Shown: piece by piece, positions 9,580-21,231 of the stretch | Numbering within the stretch: position 1 is the first letter of the stretch | Layout of the letters: the number at the start of each line of letters is the position of its first letter | From: an uncultured Fibrobacterota bacterium | GTDB lineage: Bacteria; Fibrobacterota; Chitinivibrionia; Chitinivibrionales; FEN-1185 | NCBI GenBank assembly: GCA_963729895.1 | Contig: CAVSQB010000028.1 | Coordinates: forward strand, 128,001-192,000 | DNA: 64,000 nucleotides | Direction: 5' to 3' | Notes under the pieces: model-generated | Databases searched by the model: none | The model's input: only the letters and a program-made list of their open reading frames with translations | Told to the model about the DNA's origin: nothing | Position numbers and translations under genes: made by a program

Positions 9580-10523
9580 TTCTGGTCACCGGCGCAGCGG
9601 GATTTATCGGATTTCACGTGTGCAGGCGGCTCCTTGCCGAGGGAAAGGAAGTGGTGGGCATCGACAATGTCAACGCCTACTACGATCCGTCGCTCAAGGA
9701 AGCGCGCCTGAAGATCTTGGCCGCCGTGAAGGGCTTCGAATTCCACAGGATGGACATCTGCGACTACGAAGGAGTACACTCGATTACCGCCAAAGGTCGA
9801 CCGGCCGCGATATGCCATCTTGCCGCGCAGGCGGGCGTGCGCTATTCCATCGAAAATCCTTTTGCCTACCAGAAGGCGAACAACGAGGGCTTTCTTGCCA
9901 TGCTGGAAATTGCCCGCCAACATTCCGTGGACAACTTCGTGTACGCGTCGTCGTCTTCGGTCTACGGAGGCAACACCGTATTGCCGTTTACCGAATCGGA
10001 CAGGGTCGACAATCCCCTTTCGCTGTACGCGGCCACAAAGCGGTCCAATGAGCTCACGGCATACTGCTACAGTCATCTGTACGGGCTCAAGACATCGGGC
10101 CTACGGTTCTTTACGGTATACGGCCCCTGGGGAAGGCCCGACATGGCGCTGTTCCTGTTCACAAAGGCAATTATCGAAGGCAGGCCGATCGAGGTGTTCA
10201 ACCGGGGAAACATGAAGCGGAATTTCACCTACATCGACGACATCGTGGAAGGCGTTCTGCTCACGCTGTCGCATCCGGTTCAGTACGAAATTTACAATAT
10301 CGGAAACAACAGGGCCGAGGAGCTGATGGATTTTGTCAGGGAAATAGAGAAGAACCTCGGCAGAAAGGCCGTGATCGATTTCAAGCCTATGCAGCCGGGC
10401 GACGTGCCGGCAACGGTCGCCGACATAGAAAAGCTGTCGAGGCTCGGCTACGTTCCCGCAACCAACATCGGTACGGGCATCAAGAAATTCGTGGAGTGGT
10501 ACCGGGAGTATTATCGCGTGTGA
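9576..10523 (+). CDS. NAD-dependent nucleotide-sugar epimerase (UDP-glucuronate 4-epimerase-like)
   Basis: GAAGFIG, HLAAQAGVRYS, YAATK, FFTVYGPWGRPDMA. Confidence 0.92.
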   Translation: MILVTGAAGFIGFHVCRRLLAEGKEVVGIDNVNAYYDPSLKEARLKILAAVKGFEFHRMDICDYEGVHSITAKGRPAAICHLAAQAGVRYSIENPFAYQKANNEGFLAMLEIARQHSVDNFVYASSSSVYGGNTVLPFTESDRVDNPLSLYAATKRSNELTAYCYSHLYGLKTSGLRFFTVYGPWGRPDMALFLFTKAIIEGRPIEVFNRGNMKRNFTYIDDIVEGVLLTLSHPVQYEIYNIGNNRAEELMDFVREIEKNLGRKAVIDFKPMQPGDVPATVADIEKLSRLGYVPATNIGTGIKKFVEWYREYYRV

Positions 10524-10751
10524 TGCGATACCCGGCGGCGTGCGTCACGACGCTTTGAACGGCCTGTGCGGGCTTGCGCTCCGTGCCGGCAGGCTGCAGA
10601 TTGTTCCGGGACAATCATTTATGAGAACCGGATATCGCCGGAATTATATATTTTATAGTGTCTCTGATTGTAAATGATGGTAGACTAAAAAGAATGGCCG
10701 CTTGACGGTTGTAAATCATTCTTGGATGTTCTCACACAAGGATTTGCACGA

Positions 10752-13199
10752 ATGGCTTCGGTCTTCACAAACGCAATGGCGGCAACGGCGGTGCTCGCCG
10801 TCGCCGCGTTTTCGCAATTCACGGCCCAGGACAGCGCACTTGCCAAACAGTACATGCAACAAAAGGGACTGACCCCTGCAGAGGCGAAAAATCTTTATAA
10901 TTCAAAACAGAACCCGGATTCGCTGGCCGGGCAGGGATCAAATGCGGCTTCGGCGCCGGATTCGGCCGACAGCGCGACGGCCCGCCGTCTCAAAATCGAC
11001 ACGACCGCGCAATTGTCGACCTACGAGAACATCGTTCGCAACAGGCGGGTTGATCCGGACTCGCTGCTGAGGACCCTCACCATTTTCGGGCTCGACGCAT
11101 TCACCAGCGCGAAAGTCACCACGTTCGCTCCCGCCGATTATGTGGCAACGCCGGCAGATTACGTGGTTGGAGGCGGCGACGAGATTGTGGTGCTTTTGTG
11201 GGGCAGGATCAACGAGGGAGAATACCGGCTCAAGGTCGACAGGAATGGAAGCATCAATATTCCGCACATCGGACCGGTGCCGGTGGCTGGGCTCACGTTC
11301 AACGCCCTGCAGAAGAACATCCTCGACCGGGTCCAGAACATCGAAGGCGTGCAGGCGACGGTTTCCATGGGGGAACTGCGGTCCATCGGCGTGTTCATTG
11401 TCGGAGAAGTCAAGGTGCCCGGGTTTTACACCGTGAGCGGGCTGTCCAACGTGACCAATGCGCTGTTTGCCGCCGGCGGCCCCACCAGGCGCGGGTCCCT
11501 GCGTAATGTCCAGTTGAAGCGCAACGGCAGCGCGATCGCCACCGTCGATTTCTACGACTTCCTGCTTTCCGGCAAAGACAACACGAATGTCAGGCTCAAA
11601 TCGGGCGACGTCATCATGGTCCCTGTTGTCAAGAAGATGGTCGCCATCGCGGGAAACGTCCGGCGTAGCGCGTTGTACGAAATCAGGCCGAATACGACGC
11701 TTAAGGAGGCGCTCGGCCTGGCCGGAGGTGTGTCGCCCGCGGGGTGGAGCAGCAGGATCCAGATAGAGCGGTTCAAGGACAACGCGATGCAGGTAGTGCT
11801 CGACCTCGCTTCCGAACCGGGTCAGGCCATTCCGGAATTCGATGTCCAGGACGGCGACATCATTAAGGTTTTCCCTATTGTCGACATGAACAGGAACGCG
11901 GTCTATCTTTCCGGAAACGTGTTGCGGCCCGGGAAATACGAATACAAGCCGGGCATGAGACTTTCAGATATCCTCCCCGACTTCAACGCGCTTTTGCCGG
12001 AAACTTATTTCGAATACGCCCTTATCCTGAGGCAAGACCCGCCCACCTATCTCAACCGTCTTGTCCCATTCAATCTCCAGAAAGGGCTTGCCGACCATGC
12101 CTCGGCGGACAATATTCCGCTGCAGCCCCGCGATGAGGTAATCGTGTACTCGCGGAACTATTTCGAACCGGACAGGACCGTGTCGATCGACGGCGCAGTA
12201 ACAAACCCGGGCAAGGACACCCTTCTCGACAATATGCGAGTCAGGGATCTCATCATCAAGGCGGGCGGGTTGACCGAGGAGGCAAGTCCCCAGTTCGGAG
12301 AAATCTACCGCCGGACTTATGACGGTGAAATAGTATCCACCCAAAAAATCAATTTCTGCGTGAGCTGCGCGCTTGCAAATGATTCATCAAACAACATGCT
12401 GCTCAAGAAATTCGACAGAGTGTACGTTCGCACCAAAAAGGGCTGGCAGGATGAGCGGCGGGTGATGCTCAAAGGCGAATTCGTGTTCCCTGGAGAGTAC
12501 GTTGTTCTGGAAAAGGAAACCCTGGGGCATCTCATTGAGCGTGCCGGCGGATTTACCAAGGAAGCGTACCTGCCCGCGGCGCTGGTCTGCCGTAGTTCGG
12601 TAAGGATGCTGGAGCAGAAAAGAAATGACGATTACGTGAAGGGACTCGAAACCGACGCGATGAAGCTTTCCACGGACCTTGCCTCAAAAGGTCAGAGTTC
12701 TGCGGATGCTCAGGCGCTGTTGCAGCAGCAGCTGACCTTGCTGTCGAAGTTGAGGAAGCAGGAATCGACGGGACGGATCGTTATAGACCTGACCAATCCC
12801 GCGGCTTATGAGAATTTCAATATCGAGGACGGCGACAGCGTCTTTGTTCCAAAGCAGATGGGGACAGTTTCGGTTATCGGCGAAGTATTCAATCCGGCAA
12901 CGTTCAGATTTGACGGCGTAAACACGAAAGCGAGGTTTTATGTCGACATGGCCGGAGGGTTCAAGGATAATGCAGCCAAGAAAAATATTTACATATACAA
13001 GGCAAACGGCAGCATCGTCACCAACAAGAATGTGAATGTCCTGGAAACAGGCCTGGAGCCCGGCGATGTCGTGGTTGTCCCGCAAAAAATTGAGTACCAG
13101 AACAACTTCAAGGTTTTCATGGACACGGTTACCGCGGTTTTCCAGATTGTGAGCATTCTGTCCGTCATAGCAACCTTGATTGTCTTGTCCAGGCAATAA
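10752..13199 (+). CDS. Polysaccharide export protein with multiple SLBB domains (Wza/KpsD-like)
   Basis: Signal peptide, Poly_export YVVGGGD...LWG, repeated GxVxxPG...AGG and L..GD.I.VP units, C-terminal TM. Confidence 0.88.
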   Translation: MASVFTNAMAATAVLAVAAFSQFTAQDSALAKQYMQQKGLTPAEAKNLYNSKQNPDSLAGQGSNAASAPDSADSATARRLKIDTTAQLSTYENIVRNRRVDPDSLLRTLTIFGLDAFTSAKVTTFAPADYVATPADYVVGGGDEIVVLLWGRINEGEYRLKVDRNGSINIPHIGPVPVAGLTFNALQKNILDRVQNIEGVQATVSMGELRSIGVFIVGEVKVPGFYTVSGLSNVTNALFAAGGPTRRGSLRNVQLKRNGSAIATVDFYDFLLSGKDNTNVRLKSGDVIMVPVVKKMVAIAGNVRRSALYEIRPNTTLKEALGLAGGVSPAGWSSRIQIERFKDNAMQVVLDLASEPGQAIPEFDVQDGDIIKVFPIVDMNRNAVYLSGNVLRPGKYEYKPGMRLSDILPDFNALLPETYFEYALILRQDPPTYLNRLVPFNLQKGLADHASADNIPLQPRDEVIVYSRNYFEPDRTVSIDGAVTNPGKDTLLDNMRVRDLIIKAGGLTEEASPQFGEIYRRTYDGEIVSTQKINFCVSCALANDSSNNMLLKKFDRVYVRTKKGWQDERRVMLKGEFVFPGEYVVLEKETLGHLIERAGGFTKEAYLPAALVCRSSVRMLEQKRNDDYVKGLETDAMKLSTDLASKGQSSADAQALLQQQLTLLSKLRKQESTGRIVIDLTNPAAYENFNIEDGDSVFVPKQMGTVSVIGEVFNPATFRFDGVNTKARFYVDMAGGFKDNAAKKNIYIYKANGSIVTNKNVNVLETGLEPGDVVVVPQKIEYQNNFKVFMDTVTAVFQIVSILSVIATLIVLSRQ

Positions 13200-13231
13200 G
13201 CTGGGCGGCAAATGGATCGAGGCGCTCCGCC

Positions 13232-13285
13232 TCGCAAAGAAAGAAGGGGATTTTCCCCACGGAGAATCGCCCTTTTTCTTTGCGA
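13232..13285. terminator. Bidirectional terminator between convergent export gene and gyrA
   Basis: TCGCAAAGAAAGAAGGGGATT...AATCGCCCTTTTTCTTTGCGA inverted repeat. Confidence 0.65.
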
Positions 13286-13332
13286 ATGCATTCCGGCACG
13301 GCCCGCTACGCACCAAGTATGTCAGGCCCGTC

Positions 13333-15882
13333 CTAGTCCGGAGGCGTCGGGGCAGTGTCCGCAGGGCTGCTCAAACCGGCTTCCTGGGATCCCGTTGCAT
13401 TCGGCGCGGCTGCGTCCGGCCCGGAGAGCGGCGCTACCTGCGTCTCGCTCTCCTTTTCGCACAGCGCAACATCAACGACCTTATCGCCTTCGTCAAGATT
13501 GATCAACCGCACGCCCTGGGTGTTGCGGCCGATGACCGAAATTCTACTCACGTCGCAGCGGATGATGATGCCGTTCTTGGTAATGAGCATGATGTCGTTT
13601 CCTCCGGTGACGCCCTTGAGCCCAACCACGGCGCCGTTGCGTTCCGTGGTCTTGATGTTGATGATCCCCGAACCTCCGCGGTTGGTTTTGCGGTATTCCT
13701 CAAGGGCGGTGCGCTTGCCGAAGCCGTTCTCCGTCACGGTGAGCACCTGCTGCGACTCGTCAACGATAATCATGCTTACCACGCGGTCGTTGCTCACGAG
13801 CCGTACGCCGCGTACACCACGGGTGTTGCGGCCGAGTTCCCGGGCGGCGCTCTCGTGGAACCTCACTGCCTGGCCGTTTGCCGTACCCAGGATGATGTCG
13901 TTGTTACCGTTTGTCAGTTTGCATTCGATCATTCTGTCGCCGTCGTCGAGGTGCATGGCGTTGATGCCGTCCTTGCGGATATTCGAGTAGGCCGCAAGCG
14001 GCTGCTTGTTCACCACGCCGCGCTCGGTGGCGGTCACCACAAAGTGCGATTCGTCGAACTCGCGCACCGGCACGAACGCCGCGATCTTCTCGTCCGGTTT
14101 CAGGCTTATCAGGTTGACAATAGGTTTGCCCCGCGACTGGCGGAGCGCCTCGGGTATCTTGTAGACCTTGAGCCAGTAGCAGCGTCCGGCGTTGGTGAAA
14201 AAGAGGATGGAAGCGTGCGCCGACGCGACAAACAGGGTCTCTACGAAATCGTCGTCCTTGGATTCCATGCCGAGCACGCCCTTGCCGCCGCGGCCCTGCG
14301 TCCGGTAGGCCGATACCGGGCATCGCTTGACGTAACCGGAATGCGACATGGTGACCACCATGTCTTCGTCTGGAATGAGGTCTTCCATGTCGATGTCGGT
14401 GTCTTCATCCGACGCCTCAACGATTTCGGTGCGGCGCGCGTCGCCGAACCGTGTCTTGATGTCGAGGAGTTCAGCCTTAATAATTGCCATGCGCCTTTCC
14501 CGGCTCGCAAGTATGGCCGTGTATTCGCCGATGAGGCGGCGAAGTTCGGTAAGTTCATTTTCGATCTTCTCGCGTTCGAGGCCGGTGAGCCGCTGCAGCT
14601 TCATTTCCAGGATCGCGTGCGCCTGAAGTTCCGACAGCGAGAATCGTTGCATCAGCTGGTGCTTTGCATCGTCCGTGGAGGCGGCAGCCTTGATAAGAGC
14701 GACTATTTCGTCGATGTGGTCTATGGCGATGGTGAGGCCTTCAAGGATGTGCGCCCGTTCCTGGGCCTTTGCGAGGTCGTGCCGGGTTCGGCGGGTGACC
14801 ACGGTGTGCCGGTGGTCGATGAAGTACGTGACGAGGTCTTTGAGCGGGAGCTGGCGAGGCTGCTTATTGACAAGAGCGAGGTTGTTAATGGCAAAGGTGT
14901 CCTGCAGGCTTGTAAACTTGTACAGCTGGTTGAGCACGACGTCGGCAAAGCTCTCCTTCTTCACGCCGACCACGATGCGCATGCCCGACCGGTCCGATTC
15001 GTCGCGCAAGAAGGAAATGCCGTCTATGGTCTTTTCCCGCACCAGTTCGGCCATGCGTTCGAGCAGGGCCGATTTGTTGACCATGTACGGGATCTCGGTT
15101 ATCACGATCTGCTCGCGTTCGCCCTGTTTCTCCACGTCGGCCTTTGCGCGCACGATGAGTTTGCCGTTGCCGGTCTTGTAGGCGGAAAGAATGCCGTTTT
15201 TTCCGTAGATGATGCCCCCGGTGGGAAAATCCGGCCCCGGGATGTATGCGAGAAGGTCGAGAACGGTAAGGTCCGGATTGTCGATGCACGCGACGACGCC
15301 GTCGATCACTTCGCTCAGGTTGTGGGGCGCCATATTGGTTGCCATGCCCACCGCAATGCCCGTGCTGCCGTTGAGCAGAAGAAACGGCAGCTTTGCAGGC
15401 AGTACCGACGGCTCCGTCATGGAGTCGTCGTAGTTGGGCACGAAATCAACCGTGTCTTTGTCGATGTCGGCAAGCATCTCCTCGGCAAGCGCTGTCATAC
15501 GACATTCGGTGTAGCGGTAGGCGGCGGGCGGATCGCCGTCTATGGACCCGAAGTTTCCCTGCCCTTCCACCATGGGATAGCGAAGGGAGAAATCCTGCGC
15601 CATGCGCACGAGCGTGTCGTAAATGGCGGCGTCGCCGTGGGGATGGTATTTGGCCATCACATGGCCGACGACATTGGCGCATTTTTTTGTAGGCTTGTTG
15701 TGTTCCAGGCCGATATCCGAAAGCCCCATGAGCACGCGGCGATGCACCGGTTTGAGCCCGTCGCGGACGTCCGGAAGGGCGCGAGCGGTTATCATGCTCA
15801 TCGAGTAGTCGAGATACGATTTCCGCATCTCGTCTTCGATAAATACCGGAGTAATGTTCTGGGTTTGTTGGTCGTCTGCCAT
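13333..15882 (-). CDS. gyrA: DNA gyrase subunit A
   Basis: RALPDVRDGLKPVHRR, YHPHGD, AAYRYTE, GyrA-box QGRGGKG. ATG 15882 with AGGAG SD. Confidence 0.98.
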   Translation of the reverse strand: MADDQQTQNITPVFIEDEMRKSYLDYSMSMITARALPDVRDGLKPVHRRVLMGLSDIGLEHNKPTKKCANVVGHVMAKYHPHGDAAIYDTLVRMAQDFSLRYPMVEGQGNFGSIDGDPPAAYRYTECRMTALAEEMLADIDKDTVDFVPNYDDSMTEPSVLPAKLPFLLLNGSTGIAVGMATNMAPHNLSEVIDGVVACIDNPDLTVLDLLAYIPGPDFPTGGIIYGKNGILSAYKTGNGKLIVRAKADVEKQGEREQIVITEIPYMVNKSALLERMAELVREKTIDGISFLRDESDRSGMRIVVGVKKESFADVVLNQLYKFTSLQDTFAINNLALVNKQPRQLPLKDLVTYFIDHRHTVVTRRTRHDLAKAQERAHILEGLTIAIDHIDEIVALIKAAASTDDAKHQLMQRFSLSELQAHAILEMKLQRLTGLEREKIENELTELRRLIGEYTAILASRERRMAIIKAELLDIKTRFGDARRTEIVEASDEDTDIDMEDLIPDEDMVVTMSHSGYVKRCPVSAYRTQGRGGKGVLGMESKDDDFVETLFVASAHASILFFTNAGRCYWLKVYKIPEALRQSRGKPIVNLISLKPDEKIAAFVPVREFDESHFVVTATERGVVNKQPLAAYSNIRKDGINAMHLDDGDRMIECKLTNGNNDIILGTANGQAVRFHESAARELGRNTRGVRGVRLVSNDRVVSMIIVDESQQVLTVTENGFGKRTALEEYRKTNRGGSGIINIKTTERNGAVVGLKGVTGGNDIMLITKNGIIIRCDVSRISVIGRNTQGVRLINLDEGDKVVDVALCEKESETQVAPLSGPDAAAPNATGSQEAGLSSPADTAPTPPD

Positions 15883-15917
15883 GAGATTCAGTCTCCTTGG
15901 ATCGATACGAAAGAGTG

Positions 15918-16688
15918 TTACCGCCCTTCGAGCCCGGAAAGCAGGGGCAGGGCCCATTCCGCGGTGGCGTCGAAGCTGAGCGGCGTCACGGTGATATACC
16001 TGTTCATAAGGGCGCGCGAGTCAAATGTGTCAAGCATTTCGACGTCCTTCTTGTCGCCATACACAACATAGCCGTCTTCCGGGCCTTCCACCCGCCGGTA
16101 GCGGTCATCGAAGAAGGCCATGCTTTGCCTCGTCACCTTGACGCCGAGGCAGGCATCCGGAGGACAATCGGGAAAATTGACGTTGTAGAATGCACAGCGT
16201 CCGTTGGGGCCAGGCCCGACGGCAACAATGCGTTTCAAGATTCCGAGCGCTTTGCGGCAGTAGGGTTCAAGGTGGTCGCCGGCGCTTGCGCACAGAGAAA
16301 ATGCGATGCTCGGAACCCGCCAGAAGGCGCCCTCGCGCGCCGCGGCCACGGTCCCGGAATAATGGCCCGAAATGCCGGAGTTTTCGCCCAAGTTCATTCC
16401 CGATACTACAAGATCGGGTTTTTCCCGGAGCAGGTGGCTGATGGCGAATTTGACGCAGTCGGACGGCGTGCCGTCAATCGAGTATCCCTTCATGGCACAT
16501 CCGGGCGGCAAATCGCTGTATCGAATCGGCTTGTTGAACGTAAATGCGTGGCTGATCCCGCTTTGCTCCTTGACAGGAGCTGCCACGACGACCTCATATT
16601 CCTCACTCAGCACGTCGTAAAGCCGCCTGATGCCCGCGGAGTGAAAGCCGTCATCATTTGTCAATAATACTGAGAAGCGTTTGTTCAT
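15918..16688 (-). CDS. surE: 5'/3'-nucleotidase SurE
   Basis: LLTNDDG, GTPSDCV, SGMNLGEN, YSGTVAAA. Confidence 0.95.
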   Translation of the reverse strand: MNKRFSVLLTNDDGFHSAGIRRLYDVLSEEYEVVVAAPVKEQSGISHAFTFNKPIRYSDLPPGCAMKGYSIDGTPSDCVKFAISHLLREKPDLVVSGMNLGENSGISGHYSGTVAAAREGAFWRVPSIAFSLCASAGDHLEPYCRKALGILKRIVAVGPGPNGRCAFYNVNFPDCPPDACLGVKVTRQSMAFFDDRYRRVEGPEDGYVVYGDKKDVEMLDTFDSRALMNRYITVTPLSFDATAEWALPLLSGLEGR

Positions 16689-16734
16689 GAGTTAATGTTT
16701 GGAAACCTGGTTTGCGTTACATTAATCCTTGCCG

Positions 16735-16831
16735 GCCCCCTCGCAGATCCCCCGGCGGGGACTCGCAAAGAGTTTGTATAGCCATAAAATCGTCATTTCT
16801 AATAAGTCCCCCTCCGGGGGATTTGGGGGGC
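16735..16831. repeat. Paired-palindrome REPIN/MITE-like element (family 3)
   Basis: CCCCTCGCAGATCCCCCG..GGGGA...AAGTCCCCCTYCGGGGGATTT, repeated at 21094-21190. Confidence 0.75.
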
Positions 16832-16856
16832 GTTGACAGCCAAGGCACGCCAATCG

Positions 16857-18815
<1,959 letters not shown>

Positions 18816-19109
18816 TCAGAAGAAGACGATATCCTTGATAGAGGTGCATGGCGTTTCTCTTCGTATCGAATCGAGAATTTGTTTCTTTACATAGCTTATT
18901 TCCTGACGCCACGACGACGATGCGACCCGCACGAACAGCACACCGGTTTCGACCCTGGAGCATTCCGTGACGGACGCGAGTTTTTCACCCACGATGCGGG
19001 GCCACGCGTTCACCACGCCCCATTCCCGCACCGGCGCAAGATACCCGCGTTCCGCGAGCACGGCATTGACGATGGATCCGATAGTTTCGGGACTGCGCGC
19101 AGCGCTCAC
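18816..19109 (-). CDS. DUF721/DciA-family protein
   Basis: W..IVG..LA, LFVRVASSSW.QEI motif, located between recF and gyrB. Confidence 0.85.
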   Translation of the reverse strand: MSAARSPETIGSIVNAVLAERGYLAPVREWGVVNAWPRIVGEKLASVTECSRVETGVLFVRVASSSWRQEISYVKKQILDSIRRETPCTSIKDIVFF

Positions 19110-20203
19110 CGGAGCATCACCGCTCCTTCCTGGATTTCAAAGTGAGGTAAATCCGCCAGACGGGGTTCCCGGTCCGATGGCGCCGTCACCAGGATCTGGC
19201 CGCGGTGTTCCAGAAGCGGGAAGACGCGGGAAGTCCTCGCTGCGTCCAGGTAGCTTACGGCGTCGTCGAAGAGGAATATCATGGCATCTTTACGGTATCG
19301 TTCGCTCAGGAGAACCGACGACATCCGGAGGGACAGCGCAACCGTGGTGCACTGCCCCAGCGAAGCAAACGACCGGGCGTCTTTGCCGTTTACAAGGAGC
19401 GCGATGTCGTCACGGTGGGGACCGACGGACGAATATCCCGCCCGGATATCCCTGCTTTTCGCGTTTCCCAGGCTGCTGAAAAATAGATTTTCCCAGTCTT
19501 TGCGGGAGTCCGATTCACAGAGGACCGAAGGTTTGTATTCCATTGACGCGGTCTCGCGATTCCCACTGATTTCCGCGTGGAAAGAGGCGAATACCGGCGC
19601 CATGGCGCCGCATATCTCTCGGCGTTTCTCAAAGACGAAGGCACCGTGACGAACCATGGCTTCTTCGTATACGTCAAGCTGGGCATCGCCGATCTTTCGC
19701 GCGAGCAGATGATTGCGGTGCGCAAGGCTCTTCCTGTACAGGATGAGCGATGACAAATAGGAAGGATCAATCTGGCTGATGAAAAGATCCAAAAAGCTCC
19801 TCCGGTCCCTCGGAATGCCCTGTACCAGTTTCGGGTCATCGGGGCCAAACGAGACGGCCATGCCGTGCCCGAGCCACTGTGAGAATGACGAAACCGGCCT
19901 GGCGTTGACCTTCATACTCACCTTTTGTTCCCGGTTGAACCCGATTGAAACCGGAATGTTCGCCACGTTTTCCCTATTTGAAAATGTGCCTTCAAGGTAG
20001 CAATAATCCGACGAAAAATTGATCAATTCGTTACGGCTCGATCCGCGCTGGGACCTGGCTGCGCACAGCAAAAAAACGGCTTCAAGAAGATTCGTCTTGC
20101 CGCTTCCATTTGGGCCTGTCAGTAGTGCACCTTTCTCCGGGACGTCCAGTGATAAGTCTTTGTAATTTCGAAAGTTATCAAGGTGCAAATGTGATACGAA
20201 CAT
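19106..20203 (-). CDS. recF: DNA replication/repair protein RecF
   Basis: NFRNY, GPNGSGKTNLLEA, GPHRDD, ASLGQ. Confidence 0.95.
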   Translation of the reverse strand: MFVSHLHLDNFRNYKDLSLDVPEKGALLTGPNGSGKTNLLEAVFLLCAARSQRGSSRNELINFSSDYCYLEGTFSNRENVANIPVSIGFNREQKVSMKVNARPVSSFSQWLGHGMAVSFGPDDPKLVQGIPRDRRSFLDLFISQIDPSYLSSLILYRKSLAHRNHLLARKIGDAQLDVYEEAMVRHGAFVFEKRREICGAMAPVFASFHAEISGNRETASMEYKPSVLCESDSRKDWENLFFSSLGNAKSRDIRAGYSSVGPHRDDIALLVNGKDARSFASLGQCTTVALSLRMSSVLLSERYRKDAMIFLFDDAVSYLDAARTSRVFPLLEHRGQILVTAPSDREPRLADLPHFEIQEGAVMLR

Positions 20204-20479
20204 ACCCAATAAATATATATTATAGATATCTCATATATATAGTTTATTGGAGGCTGTGCAAAGAAATAATCGTCCGCTTTGTAAATAGGTTACCGGGCGC
20301 ACGGAAGCCGCAGGCGAAGCGGCCCCGGGATCGGTTTTCAGGCGTCACGCACGCCTGCCGTCGTACCCATCGATCCGAAACGAACGGATTTTTCGCGGTT
20401 AAGAATTTTTTGCTTGACTTGGTAAAAGCGTATGATTTTTATTATAACGGTAGTATGATCGGACCCGTCCGCGCAATGC

Positions 20480-20519
20480 AAATTCCCGGTCCCTTAGAAA
20501 GGGATGGGGAATTTTTGTT
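20480..20519 (+). terminator. Terminator-like hairpin in the greA leader
   Basis: AAATTCCCGGTCCCTT-AGA-AAGGGATGGGGAATTT-TTGTT, about 35 nt before the greA start. Confidence 0.6.
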
Positions 20520-20553
20520 ATTACGGGCGGGCAAACAACCTTGGAGGTTACCC

Positions 20554-21039
20554 GTGGACGATGGTCTTATCTACCTGAACAAGGAAGCCTACGACAAGCT
20601 GCAAGAACAGGTGACGGCGCTCAAGACCACCAGGCGGAAGGAAATATCCGTCCAGTTGCGCGACGCGCGCGTGCACGGCGATCTTGGGGAGAACGCCGAA
20701 TACGAAGCGGCAAAAGAAGCTCAAATATTCAATGAGATTCGGATCCGCGAACTGGAGGACAAGCTCGCACGTTCGCGGATAATCAAGGAGGAAGACCTGC
20801 CGGAGGGAATCGCGGTGCTCGGCACAACGGTAAAGATACGGGACATTGACACGGCGGAAGATATCGAGTACCTGCTGGTGTCCGAAGTGGAAGCCGATTT
20901 CGCGCAGGACAAGATATCGGTGTCGTCGCCCGTCGGCAAAGGGCTCTTGGGGCACAAGGAAGGCGAGAAGGTGGAAATAAAGGTGCCGTCCGGAATTCTC
21001 AAGTATGAGATCATGAAGATTTCAAGGACGGTGAGGTGA
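20554..21039 (+). CDS. greA: Transcription elongation factor GreA
   Basis: GTG 20554 after GGAGGT. HGDLGENAEYEAAKE, ISVSSPVGKGLLG. Confidence 0.95.
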   Translation: MDDGLIYLNKEAYDKLQEQVTALKTTRRKEISVQLRDARVHGDLGENAEYEAAKEAQIFNEIRIRELEDKLARSRIIKEEDLPEGIAVLGTTVKIRDIDTAEDIEYLLVSEVEADFAQDKISVSSPVGKGLLGHKEGEKVEIKVPSGILKYEIMKISRTVR

Positions 21040-21093
21040 GGGAGGTTCGGAAGCTCGGGGACTCCCCAAACGACTGATTTTGTCAATCTCGGC

Positions 21094-21190
21094 GCCCCTC
21101 GCAGATCCCCCGAAGGGGAACTTATTGGAAGAGAAATTTAGATAACAGGCCGACCTCCTTGCAAGTCCCCCTTCGGGGGATTTAGGTGGC
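21094..21190. repeat. Paired-palindrome element (family 3), second copy
   Basis: Same arms as 16735-16831. Lies between convergent greA and hemW. Confidence 0.75.
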
Positions 21191-21231
21191 GGCATGAGCT
21201 ATCAAAGAGATGGCCGATTCCGCAAGTTCAC

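Noticed and set aside
13180..16071. 963-aa plus-strand ORF, and similar long antisense ORFs over mfd, nrdJ and uvrA
   Set aside because: Shadow frames of GC-rich conserved genes with no recognisable motifs.
20204..20460. Possible oriC next to recF/gyrB
   Set aside because: AT-rich, but I found no TTATCCACA-type DnaA boxes and no dnaA/dnaN.
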